Below are positions 21,190-33,400 of a DNA stretch of 64,000 nucleotides, piece by piece. Made by a program: the position numbers and the translations under genes. Under the pieces are notes generated by a model. It worked only from the letters and a program-made list of their open reading frames with translations, was not told where the DNA came from and searched no databases. Source of the stretch: Mytilus californianus (lineage: Eukaryota); assembly GCF_021869535.1 (NCBI RefSeq), contig NW_026262581.1, positions 82,894,001-82,958,000 on the forward strand, read 5' to 3'. Positions within the stretch are counted from its first letter, which is position 1; the number at the start of each line of letters is the position of its first letter.

Positions 21190-21486
21190 GTATCACATGA
21201 GCTGTGATATCGCCTCCCGTCATTTTAATGTACGATGTCAGTTGAACTTTCAGTATAACCAGTATAAATTGTTGTCTATCTAATTTACGTTTATTTTTTC
21301 AAGATGGTGCTCAGTTGTTCCTGTAAATAAAATCTTTGATTCATGACCTGGTCCAGTTCTTATTCTACATTTGCATATTTTCATGGTGCATCTCCAGGAA
21401 ATGTCTCAATTTTTCTACTCTGAAAATAAATCCATCGAATATTACTTTAAGGACTTTTCTTCATCTTCAATGTCGATTTTCACCAT
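21190..21486 (-). pseudogene. Frameshifted FLYWCH-type zinc finger (N-terminus of a MULE-like transposase)
   Basis: Across two frameshifts: MVKIDIEDEEK/VLKVIFDGFIFRVEK/DISWRCTMKICKCRIRTGPGHESKILFTGTTEHH, then KRKLDRQQ..GDITA. Confidence 0.6.
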
Positions 21487-21889
21487 GTCATTTCAGTTAA
21501 TTAAAAAAAAAATAATCTATTTAGTTTTATTTCAGAATTCATAGTTTTTAAATAAAAGTTCTACGATATTAGATATTTTCTTAATATTAAGAATGATTAA
21601 TCCGCACAAAAATAGTAGTTTTTCAACAGGTTAAATTTTGCGCAAACGTAATGCGTTTTATCGCGCAAACGTGATTTTTTTTCTCTCGCTCAAACGTAGG
21701 ACAAATTCACGCAAACATAACACGCCGTTTTCAGGCTCGTGTTTTGTATACTATTTGTTCCCTTTTCGTCGTTTTTCATTTTTGTGCCATAATTTTGTCG
21801 ATCTCTCTTCCATTTGCGAGCTTTGATTCAAACTTTGGTATTATCCGCCTCTTTTTTTCCAGATAATGGAAAACGACTAAATAAACATC

Positions 21890-22190
21890 ATGTCACACGA
21901 CAAGCTTCTTCATGACCATTGCAATGGAAGTGCCACACTTCAGAGCTCTGACAGAATAGAAAGATCAGATGTTGTTCCAATGTTAGCATCAGAAGCTGAA
22001 ATTCCGGAAAACGATAACCAAAATGCCTTGACTATTACCCGTAAATATGTACCAGTAATTCGGGTACAGACACCCAAACCATGTGATAATAAGAAACGTA
22101 TAATGATGATCATACTTGGGTCAATGTTTGTGTTTATTGCTCTGGTATTTCTTATAACAGGAACTATACGATTCCATCAATGTCACCCCA
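21890..22190 (+). CDS. F-lectin gene 1 exon 1 (cytoplasmic tail + TM)
   Basis: Acceptor TTTTTTTCCAG at 21862; ATG at 21890; donor A|GTAAGG at 22191. Confidence 0.8.
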
Positions 22191-25100
22191 GTAAGGTATG
22201 TGTGCTTTTTTATGGTAAAAAAATTACTATCTAAAGCATTTTTATGTACATTGTTATTTTAAAAAAGATTTATGTCGTTTTCCCAGTTTGAAAATATATT
22301 ATAAAATATTCAATCCTTCATTCGTTTTATCTTGACCAGTTGAACAAGAAAAAAAGTACGAAGAAAAGCGCGCAATACAATCAGTTAAAAACAAGAATGT
22401 GTCCATAGTACACGGATGCCTCACTCGCACTATCAATTTTTATGTTCAGTGGACCGGGTCAAAACTATAATTTGGCATTAAAATTAGAAAGATCATATCA
22501 TAGATCATATGATTGGACTTCAACTTCATCAAAAACTACCTTGACCAAAAAATTTATCATTAAGCGGGACAGACGGACGGACGGACGAACGGACGAACGA
22601 ACGGACGCACAGACCGAAAAACATAATGCCCCTACGTGGGGCATAAAAACCGCCCAACTTATTTCAATGATATCGGTATCAGAGCTGAAAGTTTACTCCA
22701 AGTTCTCTATCTGCCGTTATAGAATGTCTTCTGAAATTAACTGGGTTTTTTAATATACGACACATCAGCGTATTTGTGAGAATTCTTTTAAGTTGTCATT
22801 GAGATTCAAGTTCCTAAATGTTACAATACTCCACTTTCAATATTTACTGGTATAATTGAGAAAGGAAAATGTGACGTCTCTAGCATATATAAAACTTTAC
22901 CCCCATTTGGCAGCAATTTTCTCCTGAAAAATATAATTTTAATTTTGGCAAAAAACTTATAATGTCCTAATATGCGGACAGATTTGAAAGGAAGTAAAAT
23001 GCTAAACCGTCTATCGACCTGCCATAATTTTTTGTTTGTTTGCTAAGTAACATTTCTTGGTTGTGTCGATGAACTATTATTTATACTATGTACGTATGCG
23101 ACTTTCACGTCATATTCCCTTCCGGCGCCCACGGTTTTATCCCAATTATATTCTCTTGGATGTTCTATATGCCTAGTCTTCAATTTTCTGTGCAATGTTT
23201 TTTTTAAAAACATTTTTAACGAATTTTGCTCCAATGTTCCTATGTTTAATAGTCGTGCTACTGTCTGTCCTTAAACTTACAATTTTTAATTGTGATGTTA
23301 GTATTATTATTTCCCTGCTTTCCCAGCAGATAAACATTGTACACAATGAAGTAAAATTGATATCGTGACATGATATTAACTGAAATAAATCATTATGAAT
23401 TAAGTCTACAGCGAAACGGGTTATAATTAATACTGCAAGTACTCAGTATTTAACCCAGAAACCAGCAGACGACTCTGTTTCAATATTCAGACATTTAATT
23501 AGGTTAAGAAGACATTTGTTTGCCATTTATACCGTGCTTTACGCCATTCTTAAGTCACGTTACTACTGTTATGCATTCAATTATTACAAAATTGAATAAC
23601 ATTTTATTGAGCCCCATATGGTTAAATAGATTGGTTAACCGGGAGAGATTTCTAACAAATGGAGTATATACAGTCGTAAAGTTAATAAAGAGGATCGATG
23701 ATTTAATAAGATACTAAAAAGGAAGGATGATATAGGAAATCTATTATGTGCAATTACAATCAAAAGGACATTAATGTTTATTATAGTGGAGTGAAATATC
23801 CCGGGTTATAATGAAATTTGATAGGTTAACCTGGCAGGAGGATATGAGCAATGTCCTGGTAGTTAATGTTGAAATCAGGACACTCCAGTATAATATAATT
23901 ATCATTCGGGATCTTTTCAGGTTCAATTTCCCCTGTCTGTGTCATGTATAAAACACGTATTAAACACGAACATGGGAATATGAACCCAAATTCCCCTATG
24001 AAGATCACGAATAGCATAATAATATGATAAACAAGAAAAAGGAGCATTATGTGTCGCGATATCATTACATGAAAGGGAAAAAATGGTTAGGTCGCAGGCT
24101 TTGTATGTATTTAGGATGGGTAACTCAAATTCAATGGATGTTAACCCCAAGGGTGACTGGGTAAAGAAATATTGTCATCTAATGGTCTTCTTCCGACCGG
24201 CAGTAAAAAACCTTGCCAATGTGGGGTGTCCGTTTGGCTGTGAGTGATGTACAAATTCGCATGTGTAGATCTACTTAATTAAAAAAAAAAGAACAGCTTT
24301 CCATTTTCTGTAATAATAATCTATTTTATTATTGTGTCACATATTGATTGACATACATATATTGCTGTAATGCAATCAGTAATGTCAGATTCCCAAGTTT
24401 CTATTAAGCAATGTGTAAATTAGGTATCAGACAAAATTTAAGGAAGCTAGGCTGAGCTCTGCACTATAAGACCTATTTTAATTCTAATTTTCAGAAAAAT
24501 AAAGTGAATTCGTTTTGTGCTAAACTAGTAGTATGTATTATTTTTTTAAATACAATAGTGAGTACTGAACATAAATCTGAGAGATGGAGTTCAGTTTTCA
24601 AACAGTTTGATTGTTTCATATATACATACAGATTATATTAAAAGTTATCATACATAATCCTGGCACAGAATGGCATATATTTTGGCACAACAATAATTCT
24701 TGGCCTTTTTCAAAATAAGATAAAACATTATTGCCTTTTATTGACTACGCTATGGGTTTTGCTCATTGTTGAAGGCCGTAGGTGAACTATAGTTTCATAC
24801 ATCCACGTTATTTGTACTCTGGTAGATGATTGTCTTAATGGCAATCATATTACATCTTATTACTTTACATTCAAATCGACTTCTGTTGCTCAAATCGGAG
24901 TCGAATCTGCCGTCATGATAACACAAGATTCCAAATCGAGAGTCTGTCCTGATCCTTGCTGATGAAGTCTTTTTCGCATCAAAGTCTAATTCCTGGCGTC
25001 TCTAATCGACATCCTTTTTTCTGGTCGTAGCGAAGTGAAAAAGTTGTGACAAATCAAATTGATATTTTTTTAAAAGATTTCTTGAATTTTGTCTAAAAAT

Positions 25101-28100
25101 CTTTTTTGCCAGTTAATACAAGAAAATATTATATCAATTTAACTTTTTTCTTACTCTTTGTTAATAAATAAAATGAAAAGAGTTGACCTTATTTGATCCC
25201 TTGCTACAATAAAATCTTTTCACCTCGTTGCTGTATTTTGGTGTTTAAGCTGCTGTGTTGTATTTGAATAGGACTCATTGGGACCCGTGGCTTCAGTGAT
25301 ACCTACAAAAAAAGTCGCCAGACGTCAGAGCAATCTCGAACTATATATATATAACTTTGTACGATATACAAACACGTTGAGTCGTTTTAACGTTGTACAT
25401 CACAACATAAAACATATCAAGCTTCTAAGACATCATTATTCTAACTCCGAGCCGACGGGACTACTTTCTTACCCATAAATACAATGGGTTTTGCGGAGAA
25501 GTTATACCAGCTTTAAAGTCTTTTTCGTTTACCAATTTGGGAATCGATCTAAGGACCTCCAACACCCAAAGCCATGACATGAGGTGTCCACTTGGTATTG
25601 ATAGACAATTGAAAAAAATAATCAACATAAAGGAGTAAATCTGTATGAATGAAATGGTAAATGTAAAAAAGACAAAAGGAAACAAAGCTTAACATTAATC
25701 GAAATTCAATGTCTTTGATATTATAGGTCGACTGGATCAACATTTTTATGTGAAAAAAAATGTCTATTTATTGTATTTTAGTGGCTTATTAGGGGTTAGG
25801 ATGTTGTCTCCTTTTTCACAAGTTAACTCAGCATCGATGTTATAAATAACGGCAAATTAAGAAATTATTGCGTGCATTTATTATAACTATTTTTTAAGAA
25901 TGGACAAACATGCAAGATTGATAATTGCGATTTCAGATTTTTTTTTAATGAAAATACCGAACTCGAAGGTAAATTTCTTAAAGGGGAATCCATCAAAAAC
26001 TGACAAAATCAAACCGTTAAACTTTATCAACCAACGGAACGAATGGAAGAATGCGAGTTCTTATTATTGCGATACTCAACCAGTCGCATTATTCGCATTA
26101 ATAAAACATCGCAATGATTTCTGAATTTACAGTAATTGACATGTTATCTATTAAGGCAGAAAAAAAACGAAGGCAATTTGATCACTTCAGAACTAAAGAC
26201 ACTTTGCGCGTCGATTAGAGGATACTTCAATTGGACTAGGAATACTAGTACATGACAATAAAACGTCTTTTATGGCTGTCACTCGGGATAAAATAATCGA
26301 ATATTAATGCCCAACCCATGGTTAAATGAAAATAAATCTACTGCAGTCATGAATTATTTCTTAAACAAAGGCTGTGTTGTCTATAGTTTAAACATGTCCG
26401 ACTTTAAATAATGTATTATTCAAGCTTTTTGTACTTGTTAAAGTGCTGCTACTCTAAGATGATGAATTAAGTTATTATATATTTTATTGTTCCTAACAAA
26501 ACACAATATTCTTTACTATCTACAGCAGACACATTATATATAATTTATACAAAACTGTTTCTACAAGGCCGTTCCTGCCATTTTTTAAATCTTTATATTC
26601 AGAAATGATCTTATAGTCAAATATGTAAGAAGACACCGAGAGGGAATAAAGATATAAGTTGAAGAAAGACAGATATTAGCACGGCAAAATGAATAAAGTG
26701 GAAAAGACAAACAACAGTTCACAAAATGATAACACAAAACAGTCAAGTTTGTGCAACAAAAAGCCACAAAAATAAAAGCTGTAGTGATCTCGGGTGCTCC
26801 GGAAAGGTAATCAGTCCCTGCTCTTCTAATGGCATCCGTCGTATTGTCAAGCTTGTCAATAACGGTCGGGTACCAGTGTATGTAGCATGATGATCGTTGT
26901 TTATTTGTCTATAAGCATGATAAGACTGAGAAAAATTGAAAAATCTAGTTATTTGTGATATTGTGTTTCATAACCGTGAACCCATGCAAATAATAATGAT
27001 ATCGGTAAAATTTCCGAAGAGATGACATTAACGTGCCCGTTAACAACCCTTGGTTCAATAGCTTGGTATGAATATATTTACAGAAGAAAAAAGTCGGAAT
27101 AAAAAGACAACAAACGGAACGACACCGTCGACATGGTTAGCATCTCGTACTATGAATGCATTCAATAGCTTGGTTTAAATATACACATGGAAGGAAATAG
27201 TCGGATTCCAACAAAGTAAGAAAGAGACCTATTGGTACTGTTACACCACTGTCTCAGGTTAGGGGGGGGGGGGGGGGGGTTGGACGCCCGCTAACATGTT
27301 TAACCGCCCCACATTCTGTATGTGCCTGTCCCAAGTCTGGAGCCTGTAATTCAGTGCTTGTCGTTTGTTGCTGTATATCATATATGTTTTTCGTTCAATA
27401 TTTTGTACATAAATCAGGCCGTTAGTTTTTTCGTTTGAACTGTTTTACATTTGTCATTTCGGGGCCTTTTATAGCTGACTATGCTCATTGTTGAAGGCCG
27501 TACGGTAATGTGACCCATAGTTGTTAATTTCTGTGTCATTTGGTCTCTTGGGGAGAGTGTCTCATTGGCAATCATACCACATCCTCTTATTTTTATATTG
27601 GGTCAATATGGTAAGAATTTTCTGCCGCGAAAACCTTCTTCTTCATGTACTCCAATGACATATTATGTAGCAGTGTGTCAACAATCATCACAAATACCAG
27701 GTTTATGATTTGGAGCACCAGACGTGCGCTTCGTCTACTCATCATGGCGATCGGATCAACCAGTTGAAAGTCCAAGTCAATTACGAAAGTGAAGAACTTT
27801 GAAAGCTATGAAAACCAAATATACCCCAACAGTTGTGGCAAATCTGACCAAGGCTTTCTAACATGCGTTTAAAAACCTTATAAACAGTTAATTTACAGTC
27901 AAAACCGCAGCTAGTATCATGCAAAAACCAGTTATAATATAGAGGTAGTAGATAATTATGTAATTTATAATAGTTTATCATTCTGATCGCTAGTTAGGTA
28001 ATTCGTTAAGGAAACAATTATGTTACATGATTGTTTCCTTAACGAATGTTAGAATCATTGACAAAAAATTTTCTGCAAGGTTTATTTCTATATATAGATC

Positions 28101-30224
28101 TAAGAATTTGTCTTTTCAATTTTAGATTTCTGCTCAGTGGGATAAACGGTTTCTTACTGTCCATTTTGGTAAGTTTAATAAAAAAAGGTCTTGCAATTCA
28201 TAGCTTGCTAAATTTTCACGTAAAAAAATCCATTGCCGTTCAGATTTATTTAGCAATGATAACAATTGCATAAAATTATATAATATACTAAGCACGAATT
28301 TGCCTTAACCACAAAGTTCAAAGATCATGCATTTTTGACATAAAGTGAATTCTTAATTTTTGCATTTCATTCACATTTTATCTATTCATATATATTTCTC
28401 ATTCGCAGATGATTTAGTAGGTTTAAATAATTATGCTCTAGAAAAGAATGTCAACCAAACGTCCATGTCATATCTAAACTCGAATGGTCCGGCATATTTA
28501 GCAGTAGATGGGGACATTAAAACATGTTCCAGAACAGGTATGTATACATAGAGTACTAACTTACCAAATCTTAAGATAGACAAAAGCTTTAATTTTTTGG
28601 TTACGCTACTTTACCATAATTTTGTGGTCACATCAACTTGAAACTTATTATGAAACCTTAGATGGATGCGGCTATTTTAAAGGTCCTTTTTGTTTATATA
28701 GCTCTCTTCAACTGTTTCGATTCTTATACAGCCTTGGCTTTCAAATATTCGGCTTTGAGCGTTCCTGATGAAGGTAAATCCAGAAAAAACGCTCCGGACG
28801 CATGAATTTATAACGTGTTGTTTTCATTTTTTATCAAATATTTAATTTTGCATTAAAATGTGAACTTCTAAAGTTTTATGCCAAATTACGGCTATATGCA
28901 TGCAACACCTATATCCCAGTTAAAAAAACATGGACACGTAATTGTTCGAGCGAGATATCGAGTCCTGTGGACACACATTCTTTTTAAGATAGTATATCGT
29001 GATCGGTTTATACATATTTTGTATTTCAAAGTTAGAAATAAATGTCAAAGTGTAAAAAATTGTCTAGAGAAAGAAAATATATACATGGAGGATATCTGTG
29101 AACAAATCCAACTGAAAAAAAATTCAACAACAGTAATACAAGACACACTTCTTTTATAGCCATTCTTTGTGTTCGATAGTATAGTCAGATGTCTTCAGAT
29201 GTGTTCTTATGTCCGTGTAATACTAAGAAATTGCATTCTGTCCACCATCATTACCAATACTTCGCAGATTATTCTTGAGTTATTTACCTTAAGGATGTTC
29301 TCTACTCTGTTTCAAACTAACAAGCTTTTTAAAAGACTGATATACAATGATAGTGTATATATATATATATGTGTCCTTGTTTTTAAGCTATAACCCATTG
29401 AAAATTTGCAAGGAATGATTCTTTCTAGATTTTTCAAACATTTAACATTAATTTGGCACCTTTTTTTCTTTCAAAAAATATGAAATAATAACAAGGATTT
29501 ATAAGATTTTAAAAAATTGCTTTCAAACCTATATGTAATAAAATTAGGAAAAGAAAACTAGGAGTCAGCGGGTAACATTTGTAACAGCACCACATGGATA
29601 AAACCATGCGATTCCGAATATCTGGCAAAAGGTCAAAAACAAGATAAGCGAACATTCTTAAATATCATAGCTACGTGTGTGCATGCGTTTATTCATATTC
29701 ATGTTTGATTCAAAGTTCTAAATATATACAAACATAGGTGCGAAGCTTTAATTGATATAAGACAAGTAATGGCTTTTCTGAAAAGCTAGCCGTCTCATAG
29801 CTGATGAAATTTGAAAATGTTTTCCATACAGAATAGCATTGTATTTTGAATTACAAAAAATAAACGGCAAATACTAATTTTGAGATTTTCTAATATCTTT
29901 TTTGTATGGAATCACAGGAATAAATGCCTATGGGAGAATGTATAAACACCAGAAAAAGAGGGGGGGGGGGGCATTACTTTTTGAGGCCATTTTCGAGTAT
30001 AAATTCCAACGTCACTTTCGAAGCGTTCGACAAAATTCGTTCTATTTCACTTTGTCGCATGATGGACATGATATTGAGACAAAATAAGGCCTTTATCGTA
30101 CTTCCCCTTCAAAGCTAAACATGCTGAATTAACATATTCTTTTGTGGGAGAGCGTTTTAGATGTATATCTATTTTCTTTCTCTTTTTCATAAAGTATGGT
30201 TAGTATAAATATTCAACAAATCTA

Positions 30225-30255
<31 letters not shown>

Positions 30256-33200
30256 CAAGTTTAAGACAGTTGGTTCTGACTCCGTTCCTTGTTTTCAGTT
30301 ATATAAATTAATTCATTTTCACGACTATACTATATCTAGCTAGACTTCGGAGGGTCAAAAGCTAAAAATTGTAATGACCTCATATGTCCAGTGTAGAAAA
30401 CTTTATAACTTGTAAGAGGTATGCGCGGTTTGAACTTTAGAAGTACTTAAGCAGTTTTGTGTGTCATTTAATTGGGTTGCTTATCTTTAATTATTTATGT
30501 ATACTTCACATCTCCTTTAAATCATATTTTGAAATTAAAATATGTTTACATGCTCAAATAATTGCTTTTATAGTCTGAGAGTCTTTTTCTTATTATTATT
30601 CTACCCTCGTCTTATGTTCTTCACATTCTGCAATCTTGCCACGGTTATATCTAGCCCAGCGCAAACCCTCCTCTAAATTATTCCCGTATTAATCAATATT
30701 GATTTTAATCGAACATAATTGATTTGGTTATATCCGTTTTTCAATTAAATTGTTACCTTCGGATTATCTTTCTAAGTATCCATATGTATAACCGTGGAAA
30801 AAAGCATGCGCGGTGTGTCCCTAGGTTTTTCATAACTATGATGACTATAAACATCCATAACAACGAGCGAATGTGGATAAAATGTGGAATGATCACATGT
30901 GTGTTTTTATACATTACAAATTTACAAGGAGTTTTGGCTATATATAGAATCATGTTCCTGTGTACCGATAGGCATGATTGATCACGATGCAACTTTAATA
31001 ACTAAAATAAAGAGTTCAAACCCGATACTCTTCGGGATTGAAGAACATTTACTAGGTTTCGAATTGGCCCAACCAATCAACAGACTTTTAATTTACTATG
31101 AATGAGTCAGTAATATCTTACAATCAGGCAGTATGAAAGCATTCAGTCCGAAGACTGTCCATCGTTCAACTTATAAGACCGGTAACGAGGAGACGGCAAT
31201 AAATGTCAACACATGCCATTCTCAAACCATATTTCACACCTATTTAAGGGATTCTTTTTTTGACTGAATGGAAAGAGAAATTATCATATCAAATTCCAGT
31301 AAAGACCTATTATCCATTCGATAATCCGATATTAAAACCTGCTCATAGAATTTTTCTCACACGTTTTGTCACGTTATATCCGCTAATGAATGTTCACACA
31401 TTTTTTTAAAGTAACACTTCAATGAATTAATTTATAAACATTTGAAATGGCAGATGCAATGACTTTTCATCAAGATAAATGTTATAATCTTATTTTGAAA
31501 ACATTCAACTACGACCTTATAAAAATGTACGTTAATCAAGGCTACTAATCTTTAAACAATAAATAAAATAGAGCGCTTCAATGAAACGCATTACCTTGTG
31601 TTACAAGAAAAACATTTTGAATTAAGTCCCAATTAAAAAAAAACCGAGCTATTTGCATTACTTTGAAGATATTCCTTTTTAAGGGACAGTTCCTTATTTA
31701 GGATGTTGCTAATTTAGTGGGGTGTATATAAACTTTTAAAGACAACCCGCAGAGCCTTTGAAAAACTATGAAATCGCTTATAAATTTTTTTTTCGATATT
31801 CACAGAGGACTTTGTCAATGCCTTCACAATTTGACTTAAAATCGGTAAATGGTATAGGTGACACCTCAAAGTTTTCATTATAAGTAAAGTACTATATCTT
31901 TTTGATTGAACATAATACATTAGAAAATAAGTTATAACGAAGTGGAATAAGAACAAAGCGTTCTCAGCACATTAACGAACTCTTGCATCAACTCTTTAAA
32001 GGTTCTGTAGGTGGCCTGTTGCAAGGCAAAATTTCTGCCTCTGTACAGCTTACAATCATTTTCAAGTGGTGCTTGAAATTTCCGCCATTCATACCTGTGA
32101 AGTTTTGCAACAGGACATTAAGCAAACAAACACTAATCAATCAACCTATGTAATATTGGTAACGTGACATTGAATATGCAACATTTAATCGGTGAGTAAC
32201 AGATACATGCACGATTGTTTTAAAATAAACGAAGTAACAAAGCAATTTTATTTTTAGATGCAGAATTGTCACCAAGATTACAAATAGATCTCAAATATCA
32301 ACGACCAGTAGGATTTATTTTAGTGCATGGTAATTTACAAAATGGTATGTATAAGGTTAACTTGTTACTTACATTGCAATGTTTTTAAATCATTCTATAG
32401 AAACCTTGCAGTTTGAAATTTAAAGTTAAAAAACGTAATTACATGAGTCAATTTAAAAAAAAAAATCTTACTGCAATATCAAATCTTTTTCATGCAGACA
32501 TATTGACTTGATTCTTCATAAACAAATGATTTTAAATGATTAGTTTTAGATCACTCTCTAGAAAAGTTTGAGTAATTGTTTTTTCAGCCTTACATGATAT
32601 TACCATATATGTTATTGGAGAGGACGGGTTACATAGTTATACGTCAGAAACCAATATTTGCGAGCAACATAAAGGACTTGTAAAGAACCAAGCTATTATC
32701 ACCGATTGTGGTCAGCCTCTTAATGGACGGTATGCTTCAATTTTATGTCATGATACTGTATAGTATAATATACCGTTTAGATTTAAGAAATGTAAGCATG
32801 TCTAGAAAGTACCACCACATATAGCTTCAAAATTTGATAGTGACAGTTCATAAATACAGGAAAACAATGCATTATACATGACGTGCATTTAAGTTTACCA
32901 CTAAACATTATATTCGAACTACTTAAATATATTATAAGAGAAAGAACAAAAACGTTGTTTATATATTTAAACATGTTAAAGTCAATGATAGGGGATCACA
33001 ATTGTAATAGGATTAACGGGAAATGTTTTCATCCTACCATACAATATCACAATTTTTATATTTACGTTGTGTATAGTATAACGTATATCTAAATACGATA
33101 CTTTTGTTAACATTATACAGTCCCCGTCTGATATTTTGTTTTTTCCAAAGCTATAAAGAATAAGTACAACAACCACCAAACTTATAACATTATCAATGAT

Positions 33201-33400
33201 ATCCATTCTTAATCATTTTTGCAGAATTACGGAAAAAATATTTTCATTCAATCTTTACATTATACATATTTCAAATTTCACCAAAAATCAATTTTTTGAT
33301 GAATATTTTGTGTTTCAGATACATCATTATAGAAATGAAAAATTCTGTCAATGCACTGGATAATTTGATGCTTTGCGAGGTGATAGTTATTCAACGTTAA
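21890..33400 (+). CDS. Type-II membrane protein with a C-terminal F-type lectin (FTP / F5-8C-like) domain, 246 aa: join(21890-22190, 28409-28537, 32258-32344, 32588-32729, 33319-33400)
   Basis: All introns are GT-AG with compatible phases (1,1,1,2). The 741 nt are open from ATG to TAA. TM IMMIILGSMFVFIALVFLITGTI. Domain motifs NYALEKNVNQTS..AYLAVDGDIKTCSRT / PRLQIDL / LHDITIYV..C..C..GR / YIII..LMLCEVIV. Confidence 0.85.
22390..22649 (+). mobile_element. HINE/Helentron-like element
   Basis: AACAAGAATGTGTCC start, (GACG/AACG)n microsatellite, and 3' hairpin GCCCCTACGTGGGGC + ATAAAAA. Confidence 0.7.
25850..26132. mobile_element. Tc1/mariner-like MITE
   Basis: Imperfect 23-bp TIR (CGGCAAATTAAGAAATTATTGCG vs revcomp CTGTAAATTCAGAAATCATTGCG); TA on the right flank. 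Confidence 0.5.
26640..27075 (-). mobile_element. Decayed Penelope-like (Naiad-type) 3' UTR fragment
   Basis: GATCTCGGGTGCTCCGGAAAGGTAATCAGTCCCTGCTC, homologous to 62830-62880. Confidence 0.7.
28409..28537 (+). CDS. F-lectin gene 1 exon 2
   Basis: TTCGCAG|AT GAT..ACA G|GTATGT; DLVGLNNYALEKNVNQTSMSYLNSNGPAYLAVDGDIKTCSRT. Confidence 0.85.
28757..28801 (+). ncRNA. Degenerate minimal type-I hammerhead ribozyme motif (PLE pLTR)
   Basis: GCGTTC-CTGATGA-AGGTAAATCCA-GAAA-AAACGCTCC-GGACGC. Stem I pairs; stems II and III are imperfect. Confidence 0.5.
32258..32344 (+). CDS. F-lectin gene 1 exon 3
   Basis: TTTTTAG|..AAT G|GTATGT; DAELSPRLQIDLKYQRPVGFILVHGNLQN. Confidence 0.8.
32588..32729 (+). CDS. 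F-lectin gene 1 exon 4
   Basis: TTTTCAG|..GGA CG|GTATGC; ALHDITIYVIGEDGLHSYTSETNICEQHKGLVKNQAIITDCGQPLNGR. Confidence 0.8.
33319..33400 (+). CDS. F-lectin gene 1 exon 5 (terminal)
   Basis: GTTTCAG|A TAC..; YIIIEMKNSVNALDNLMLCEVIVIQR*. Confidence 0.8.

Larger units (their letters stand above)
19660..21710 (-). mobile_element. Decayed DNA transposon (MULE-like) with inverted subterminal TTACGTTTGCGCG repeats
   Basis: Repeats at 19665-19760 (24-bp unit, ~2.7 copies) are inverted at 21634-21700. Contains a frameshifted FLYWCH-like ORF and a nested Penelope-like copy. Confidence 0.5.

Noticed and set aside
22191-22200. Alternative donor AAG|GTATGT at 22196 for lectin exon 1
   Set aside because: Phase 0 is incompatible with the phase-1 exon 2. 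The GTAAGG donor at 22191 keeps the frame.
23043-24150. Minus-strand ORFs (FN3-like GREYDVKVA; hydrophobic 79-aa ORF)
   Set aside because: Motif resemblance is too weak, and no coherent splice partners were found.
27262-27279. G18 run as a functional G-quadruplex
   Set aside because: Slippage expansion of the AGGGGAGGG segment of a common repeat (compare ~13690); homopolymer length is unreliable.
30871-31105. Signal-peptide-like MWIKCGMITCVFLYITNLQGVLA and ORF 30899-31105 as lectin exons
   Set aside because: No usable donor and in-frame stops; the true exon 3 was found at 32258.
33319-33345. Suspected frameshift in lectin exon 5
   Set aside because: On recount the A-run has 5 A's (ATG AAA AAT), so the frame is intact.
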